From: Candidatus Lustribacter sp.
GTDB taxonomy: Bacteria > Vulcanimicrobiota > Vulcanimicrobiia > Vulcanimicrobiales > Vulcanimicrobiaceae
Assembly: GCA_965277805.1 (NCBI GenBank)
Contig: OZ255842.1
Span: 320,001 to 384,000 of the forward strand
Length of the DNA stretch: 64,000 bases
Direction of reading: 5' to 3'
Below are positions 58,047 through 64,000 of the stretch, one piece after another. The notes below the pieces were generated by a model. The model made no database searches, was not told the DNA's origin, and saw nothing but the letters and a program-made list of their open reading frames with translations. Position 1 is the first letter of the stretch, and every line of letters begins with the position of its first letter. A program made the position numbers and the translations under genes.

Positions 58047-60152
58047 ATGAGAAGTTCGGACGACGGCATCTGGCGTTTGCTGCGACCGCAATCGATCGCC
58101 ATCGTAGGCGTCTCGCCGCAGCCCTCGTCGCCGGCCGTCACGATTCTGGGTAACATCGAGCGGCTGGGCTATCCCGCCACCGTGCACTTGGTGAGCCGCG
58201 GCCGCACCGAGGTCATCGGCCGGCCATGTGTTCCCAGCATCGACGACTTGCCGTCGGATCTCGACTTGGTCTTACTCTTGCTGCCGCGAGCCGCGGTGGC
58301 CGATGCCGTGGCGGCGTGTGCACGGCGGAAAGCCGGCGCGGTAGTCGTATTTGCATCCGGGTTCACCGAACTCGACGAGGCGGGCCGCATCGCGCAAGAA
58401 GAGATCGCCGCAACTGCGCGCGCGGCCGGCATTGCGCTCCTCGGACCGAACTGCCTCGGCTTCGTGAACTACCTCGACGGACTTGCGGTCCCGTTTTCCC
58501 GGTTCGAAGTGGAAAGCGATCCGCCGCCGCCCAAGGTCGCTTTTATCAGCCAGAGCGGCGGCACGCCGACGGTCGCGCGCTACTCGCTGGCCACAAAACG
58601 CATCGGTATCAGTTATCAGATCTCGACCGGCAACGAGGCCGTGCTGGGCATCGAGGACTTTATCGACCCAATGGTCGACGACGAACGGAACGTCGTCATC
58701 GCCTTGTTTTGCGAGCAGATTCGTAACCCGCGCCGTTTCTTGGCGGGTGCCGAACGGGCGCGTGCTAAGGGTAAACCGATCGTTATGTTGCAGCCTGGTG
58801 CGAGCGAAGGCGCGCGGGCATCGGCGCTTTCGCACACCGGCGCGCTCGTTGGAGACCACGCGCTCGTCCGTATGCTCGCGGAGAACGCCGGCGTGATTGC
58901 CGTCGATACGATGGAAGAGCTGGTCGACGTGATCAGCATGCTGGCGACATTTTCTCAAATTCCTGCGCGCGGTCCGGCGCTGATCACTGACTCCGGGGCG
59001 CTCAAGGGCGTCGAGCTCGACTTTTGCGAACACGTTGGATTGCCGGTACCGATTTTCAGCGCCGCCGCCGTCGACGCGATTCGTGAGGTGGTGCCGGACT
59101 TCGTGGCAGTCGAGAACCCGCTCGACGTGACGGCACACGCTCTGGTGGATACGGAGCTCTACGCAAAGGCAATAGCTGCGTTGGCGAATGACACGGCGAC
59201 CGGCAGTACGGTGGTCTCGCCGATTTTCGGGCAGGCGAAGATGGGTATCCAAAAAATTCGTTCGGTCTTGCCGGCGCTCGCCGCGGGGCGCGATCGCCGG
59301 CCGGCGGTTCTCGCGCTGTTGGCGTACGACGTTCTCATTCCGGATGAGATCGAGCGCGAAGCGGCCGACGCCGGCGTGGCATTTTTCCGTTCACCCGAGC
59401 GTGCCTTGCGCGCTCTCGGACACGTTACGCGTTACGGAGTTCGCTGCGCGCAAGCGCCGCCTGCGGTTCGAACGCTGCCCCCCGGGCTCGTACTCGACGC
59501 GCCGGGAATCGTTCCGGAATATCGCGCGAAGGCGTTGCTCGCGGCGACCGGCATCGCATTTCCACGCAGCAAATTTGTGGTCGACCTCAGCAGCGCGCAA
59601 CGCGCGGCCGCCGAGATCGGGTTCCCCGTAGCGCTCAAGCTGCAGTCGGCCGGGCTCGCGCACAAGACGGACGCCGGCGCCCTTGCGCTCGGGCTTGAAA
59701 GCGCGCGGGAACTCGACGAAGCCTGGGCCCGATTGCACGCGAACGTCGCGGCCGGAAGACTCGGCGCCGCTATCGACGGCGCGTTGATCGAAGAAATGGC
59801 ACGCCCCGGAGTCGAGCTCATTGCCGGGGCGCGGCGCGATCCGCATTGGGGGACGACGCTGGTAGCGGGACTCGGCGGCATTTGGGCCGAGGCGCTTCAA
59901 GACACGGTCGTCATTCCGAGCGATGCGGGCGAAGACGCGATCGTCAGCGCGTTGTTGCGTCTACGCGCGGCACCCGTGCTTGCCGGTATGCGCGGCGCGC
60001 CGCCGCTGGATGTCCGCGGTGCGGCGCGCGTGCTCGCGACGCTGGGCGCGCTCATGGACGCAACACCGGGCATCATCGAGATCGAATTGAATCCGATCCG
60101 GATCTACCCGGACGGGGTGCTCGCCCTCGACGCGCTGATCGTTGCGTCTTAG
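58047..60152 (+). CDS. ADP-forming acyl-CoA synthetase (acetate--CoA ligase family)
   Basis: PQSIAIVGVS, GPNCLG, SQSG, SHTG, HKTD, IELNP. Confidence 0.88.
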   Translation: MRSSDDGIWRLLRPQSIAIVGVSPQPSSPAVTILGNIERLGYPATVHLVSRGRTEVIGRPCVPSIDDLPSDLDLVLLLLPRAAVADAVAACARRKAGAVVVFASGFTELDEAGRIAQEEIAATARAAGIALLGPNCLGFVNYLDGLAVPFSRFEVESDPPPPKVAFISQSGGTPTVARYSLATKRIGISYQISTGNEAVLGIEDFIDPMVDDERNVVIALFCEQIRNPRRFLAGAERARAKGKPIVMLQPGASEGARASALSHTGALVGDHALVRMLAENAGVIAVDTMEELVDVISMLATFSQIPARGPALITDSGALKGVELDFCEHVGLPVPIFSAAAVDAIREVVPDFVAVENPLDVTAHALVDTELYAKAIAALANDTATGSTVVSPIFGQAKMGIQKIRSVLPALAAGRDRRPAVLALLAYDVLIPDEIEREAADAGVAFFRSPERALRALGHVTRYGVRCAQAPPAVRTLPPGLVLDAPGIVPEYRAKALLAATGIAFPRSKFVVDLSSAQRAAAEIGFPVALKLQSAGLAHKTDAGALALGLESARELDEAWARLHANVAAGRLGAAIDGALIEEMARPGVELIAGARRDPHWGTTLVAGLGGIWAEALQDTVVIPSDAGEDAIVSALLRLRAAPVLAGMRGAPPLDVRGAARVLATLGALMDATPGIIEIELNPIRIYPDGVLALDALIVAS

Positions 60153-61297
60153 GGCGCCGCGTCCGTCCATACGCCGTTTTGGGGCACGATCATGTGGACC
60201 GCGTCGAGCGATTGGCCGTTATGATCCGCCGGCGAAAACTTGAACGTCGATTGAGTTGCCGGGATCGGCACGCCTTTCTCCAGCCAGTCGGAAAGGCTCT
60301 TGCCGTCGGTCTTTAGGCCGGTTCCCTTCAACGCGGCGACGATGATCTGCGTTGCGTCCCAGGCCTGAAGCGCAAACGTTACCGCCGGCACTTTGTAGGT
60401 TGCATCGTAGAGGCTGACAAAGGCTTTTTGGTTGGGGTTCTGTTGCGACTTCGATACGGAACCGGCTGCATAAACGCCGGCGGATGCCGGACCGGCAATT
60501 TTTAGGAAGGCCTCTGAGTCGACCCCGCCCGATGCGAGGATCGGCTTGGTGTAGCCAAGAGTGCGAATCGCTTTAGTCACGAGGGCCGGCGTGGTCGTTG
60601 CGCCCCATAACACGATGGCATCGGGATTGAGCGCCATCAGTTTCTGGATCTGCGGCGTGAAGTCGGTCGCGTCACTTGCGTACGCCTCGTTGCCGAGGAC
60701 GCCTATGCCGAGCGTCCCGGCCACACCGGTAACGATCTCGGCGCCGTTCGTGCCGAAGAAGTTCGCGTCGTGAATGAACGCGATTTTCTTCACGCCGAGT
60801 TTTCGTTTGCCGTACGTGAGCAGAGCGCGGCCTTCGAGTTCGTCGCTGGCCTGCGCCTCGAAGATCGTCTTCACGACCGCGCCGTTCTTGCTTTTCCACG
60901 TCGACACGGTTGGGGTGAGGATCACTTGCAAGACGCCGGCTTGCGCCGTGATGCGAGCGACGGCGTTGGTGGTGTCGACGCGCGTTCCGCAGATGATGGC
61001 AGCGACGCCGCTCGCGATTTGCTGAGTCGCAAGTTGCGAGGCGACATCCGCCTTTGCTTCATCATCGACGATGACGAAATGAATCGGCCGGCCGTTGACG
61101 CCCCCGTGCGAATTGATCTCCGTCTCTGCCAGCTTGAGGGCATTGACCTGCGGTTCGCCGAGCGGCGCCGACGGACCGGAGTAGGACAGGATCGCCCCGA
61201 TTTGGATCGGGTCGACCGCCCCGGCCGTACCCAATCCCGAGAAGCTGAGGATGGCAACCAAGACGGCGGTCACGACCGCCCGCGTCGCTGTAGTCAT
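60149..61297 (-). CDS. LivK-type ABC substrate-binding protein
   Basis: Signal peptide; INSHGGVNGRP..DD. Confidence 0.85.
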   Translation of the reverse strand: MTTATRAVVTAVLVAILSFSGLGTAGAVDPIQIGAILSYSGPSAPLGEPQVNALKLAETEINSHGGVNGRPIHFVIVDDEAKADVASQLATQQIASGVAAIICGTRVDTTNAVARITAQAGVLQVILTPTVSTWKSKNGAVVKTIFEAQASDELEGRALLTYGKRKLGVKKIAFIHDANFFGTNGAEIVTGVAGTLGIGVLGNEAYASDATDFTPQIQKLMALNPDAIVLWGATTTPALVTKAIRTLGYTKPILASGGVDSEAFLKIAGPASAGVYAAGSVSKSQQNPNQKAFVSLYDATYKVPAVTFALQAWDATQIIVAALKGTGLKTDGKSLSDWLEKGVPIPATQSTFKFSPADHNGQSLDAVHMIVPQNGVWTDAAP

Positions 61298-61371
61298 CAG
61301 AGCGAGTCTCCCTATAGAAAGCTCGAAAAGTGTCTCCCGAGGGGGCCTCAAAGGCTGGAAGTTAGTTGCAT

Positions 61372-61386
61372 GTCAGGGCCCTTGAC
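61372..61386. promoter_or_regulatory. Palindrome GTCAGGG-C-CCTTGAC, probable MarR operator
   Basis: Matches the 57930 site with one mismatch in the arms; upstream of the SBP gene. Confidence 0.6.
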
Positions 61387-61393
61387 TCCCCCG

Positions 61394-61825
61394 TCATTCG
61401 ATCAAAATTTCGATCGTGCGCCGCAGTGCGACCAGGCGCGTCGCGCTGATTTTTTCATAGAATCGGCGCTCGCTCCGGTCGACGGCGAGATCGCACCCGC
61501 GTAAGACGGCGCGGCCTGCGCGCGTAAGCTTGATGCGCAGGATCCGCCGGTTCTCACCGTCGGCCGCGCGGGAAATGAGCTTCTTGCGCTCGAGTGCGTT
61601 GATGATCTCATTGGTCGCCTGTTTCGTGACGCTGGATCTCCGGGCTACGTCAGCCGAAGACATCCCGTCGACGTCCGAAACCATGCTGAGGATGGTGTAT
61701 TGGGCGAGAGTTACCCCGCGGAGCACCAGCGCTTCTTCAAGAAACTCGCGCACCGCGGTGTCCAGCCGCTTGACCAAATACGAAGTGCGTCGGTATTTAT
61801 GCGCTGGACGGCTGCGCGTCGTCAT
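61394..61825 (-). CDS. MarR-family regulator
   Basis: VTLAQYTIL, SADVARRSSVTKQ, NRR, LTRAG. Confidence 0.88.
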   Translation of the reverse strand: MTTRSRPAHKYRRTSYLVKRLDTAVREFLEEALVLRGVTLAQYTILSMVSDVDGMSSADVARRSSVTKQATNEIINALERKKLISRAADGENRRILRIKLTRAGRAVLRGCDLAVDRSERRFYEKISATRLVALRRTIEILIE

Positions 61826-61832
61826 GGTTTTT

Positions 61833-62585
61833 TTAACTGGGACTACCCGAAACCAGACGCGCGAGCGCGAATGCGACGGCAGCGGCAACGCCGCCGATCG
61901 CGGCCGTCTCGATTGCGGAGCGCACGATCGGTGCCCCGGTGAATTTGCCTTTCAGCGCGCCGAAGACGACCAGCGCGAAGAACGTCACGATGATCGATCC
62001 CCACAGCGCCATTTGCGATTGCGGAACGAGCATGTAGGGCAGAAGCGGCAGCAAGCCCCCGATGACGTACGAGCCGCCGATGCGCGCGGCGCTCAGCGGT
62101 GCGCGCCGCGGGTCCGGTTTCTCCAAGCCCAATTCGAAGCGCATCATGAAGTCAACCCAGTGCCGCTTGTCGGCCGTCACCGTATCGACGAGTTGTCTGA
62201 GCGCATCGCCCTCGATGCCGTAGCCGGCGAAGATCGCCTCGATCTCGCGCCGTTCCTCGTCGGGAACATCGTTGGTCTCCGCGTATTCGCGGCGCCGTTC
62301 GCTCTCGTAGTGGTCGACGTCGGAGCGGGCGGCGAGGTAGCCCCCGAGTCCCATCGAGATGCCGCCGGCCGCTAGCTCCGCAATGCCCGCGGTGACGACG
62401 ATGTGCGAAGCCGCGATCGCGCCGCTGATTCCGGCCGCTAATGCGAACGGCACGGTAAGTCCGTCGGACATCCCGATGATAACGTCGCGCACGTCGTCGC
62501 TCGCATCGAAGTGATGCTCGTTGTGCGTCCGGCGAGCCGGCCGGCGCATGCCGGTGCGTGACGGTGCCGTCTGAAAATCGGTCAC
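61833..62585 (-). CDS. VIT1/CCC1 iron/manganese transporter
   Basis: DVIIGMSDGLTVPFALAAG, SMGLGGYLA, MMRFELGL. Confidence 0.9.
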   Translation of the reverse strand: MTDFQTAPSRTGMRRPARRTHNEHHFDASDDVRDVIIGMSDGLTVPFALAAGISGAIAASHIVVTAGIAELAAGGISMGLGGYLAARSDVDHYESERRREYAETNDVPDEERREIEAIFAGYGIEGDALRQLVDTVTADKRHWVDFMMRFELGLEKPDPRRAPLSAARIGGSYVIGGLLPLLPYMLVPQSQMALWGSIIVTFFALVVFGALKGKFTGAPIVRSAIETAAIGGVAAAVAFALARLVSGSPS

Positions 62586-62638
62586 GACGCTAGGTTGCCC
62601 GGGCCGGTACGCGTTCCTGTACGCCGAACGAAGTAGGC

Positions 62639-64000
62639 ATGCCTCATTTGATCGACGCCGGAATTCCCGCGGCTCCCGACATGGATGCGGTCGCCGGCCG
62701 CTACCGCGCCTTCGAGCAGGCACTGCAATCTGCATCGCCGGCGACGTGGCTCCCGACGTTTCGCGAATGGGACGATTTGCGCCGCGAACTCGATGCGTGG
62801 GCGGCGCTCACGCACGTACGCTTCACGCAGGACACGCGCGACGAGCAGGCGCGCGCGGCGCTCAAGCATCGTGATGAGTTGCTACCCGCGCTGACCGCAC
62901 TCGAAGTGGAAATGAAACGCCGTTTCGTCATCGAGCGCAGGCAACTCGCTCCGGAGCTGGGCGAGCACGCGTTCCGTCTGTGGGAAACCGATCTCTCGAC
63001 GTTCGACCCGGTGGTCGAGCCGGATCTCATCGCGGAGTCGAAGCTCAGGACGGAATATACGCAGCTGCTCTCCGGAATTTCGGTCGAGTTCGACGGCGAG
63101 ACGCTCAACCTCTCAGCACTGGCGCGTTACGCCAGCGATCCCGATCGTTCGCGCCGTCACGGAGCGGCTGCGGCGCGCTGGAACGCGATGAATGAAAACG
63201 GCGCGGAGCTCGACCGCATCTACGACGAACTCGTGCACTTGCGCGACGGCATTGCGCGCAAACTCGGCTTCCGCAGCTTCGTCGAACTCGGCTACGCGCG
63301 CATGCAGCGCGTCGACTACGACCGGGCAGCCGTCGAGCGGTATCGCGATGCGGTCGCGGCCGAGGTGGTGCCGCTGGCGAACGCGATCGCGCAGCGGGCG
63401 GCGAAACGGCACGGCGTCGCGCAGCTCGCGCTCTGGGACGAGCACTTGCTTGCGGCCGCGCCGGCCCCGCGTCCGCTCGGCGATGCGTCGTGGACCATGG
63501 CACGCACGATCGAAACGTTCACCGATCTCGACCCGCGCCTCGGTGACTTCGCGCGCATGATGGATGAGAACGAACTCACCGATCTCGTCGCGCGCACCGG
63601 CAAAGCCGGCGGCGGCTACTGCACGAACGTCGGCAATGGCGTCCCGTTCGTTTTCAGCAACTTCAACGGCACTAAGAGCGACATCGTCGTGCTGATGCAC
63701 GAGCTGGGCCACGCGTTCCAGAATTACAGTAGCCGCGACAAGTCCGTCGTCGACTACCTCGTTCCGACGATGGAGTCGGCCGAGATCCATTCGATGAGCC
63801 TCGAATATTTGAGCTGGCCGTTCATGGAGCGCTTCTTCGGTGACGGGGCGCAAACGTATCGCGAGGGACATCTCTCGGAGGGACTGCTGTTCTTGCCGTA
63901 TGGCGTCGCGGTGGATCACTTCCAGCATCTCGTGTATGAAAACCCGAACGCGACGCCGGCCGAACGCCACGCGATGTGGCAATTGATGGAACGCCGCTAC
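62639..64000 (+). CDS. M3-family oligoendopeptidase (runs off the window end)
   Basis: My translation from ATG 62639 gives GKAGGGYCT, NFNGT..D..VLMHELGHAFQ and ESAEIHSMSLE. Confidence 0.9.
   Translation, partial: MPHLIDAGIPAAPDMDAVAGRYRAFEQALQSASPATWLPTFREWDDLRRELDAWAALTHVRFTQDTRDEQARAALKHRDELLPALTALEVEMKRRFVIERRQLAPELGEHAFRLWETDLSTFDPVVEPDLIAESKLRTEYTQLLSGISVEFDGETLNLSALARYASDPDRSRRHGAAAARWNAMNENGAELDRIYDELVHLRDGIARKLGFRSFVELGYARMQRVDYDRAAVERYRDAVAAEVVPLANAIAQRAAKRHGVAQLALWDEHLLAAAPAPRPLGDASWTMARTIETFTDLDPRLGDFARMMDENELTDLVARTGKAGGGYCTNVGNGVPFVFSNFNGTKSDIVVLMHELGHAFQNYSSRDKSVVDYLVPTMESAEIHSMSLEYLSWPFMERFFGDGAQTYREGHLSEGLLFLPYGVAVDHFQHLVYENPNATPAERHAMWQLMERRY

Overview
GC-rich, gene-dense chromosomal window with about 65 CDS and no rRNA, tRNA, CRISPR array or transposase that I can support. 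The gene style (many LivK-type binding proteins, aromatic catabolism, flaG, leaderless promoters) suggests a soil bacterium such as Eremiobacterota/Vulcanimicrobiota; that is inference only. Main blocks: (1) a MarR / SnoaL / twin-amidohydrolase / FAH catabolic cluster; (2) a sulfate uptake and activation operon cysH-cysA-sbp-cysT-cysW-cysD-cysNC; (3) an orphan sigma28-type flaG plus an ATP-grasp gene; (4) an IclR / three RraA-LigK / TPP enzyme / LigJ-like cluster; (5) a Cyc2-like cytochrome-porin, multicopper oxidase and SCO operon; (6) a Rieske oxygenase / dehydrogenase / ABC / CoA-ligase / MarR aromatic island. The strongest hidden signal is a probable cysteine-sensing transcription attenuator in front of the cys operon. 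It consists of an unannotated, probably leaderless 26-aa peptide MRCPCCCPVFEPTCCLPAIGRGAALG (15402-15482), an antiterminator overlapping its stop codon, an intrinsic terminator, and a cysH that appears to start at ATT. Second is the Cyc2-like/MCO/SCO operon, preceded by three in-register DtxR/MntR-like boxes.
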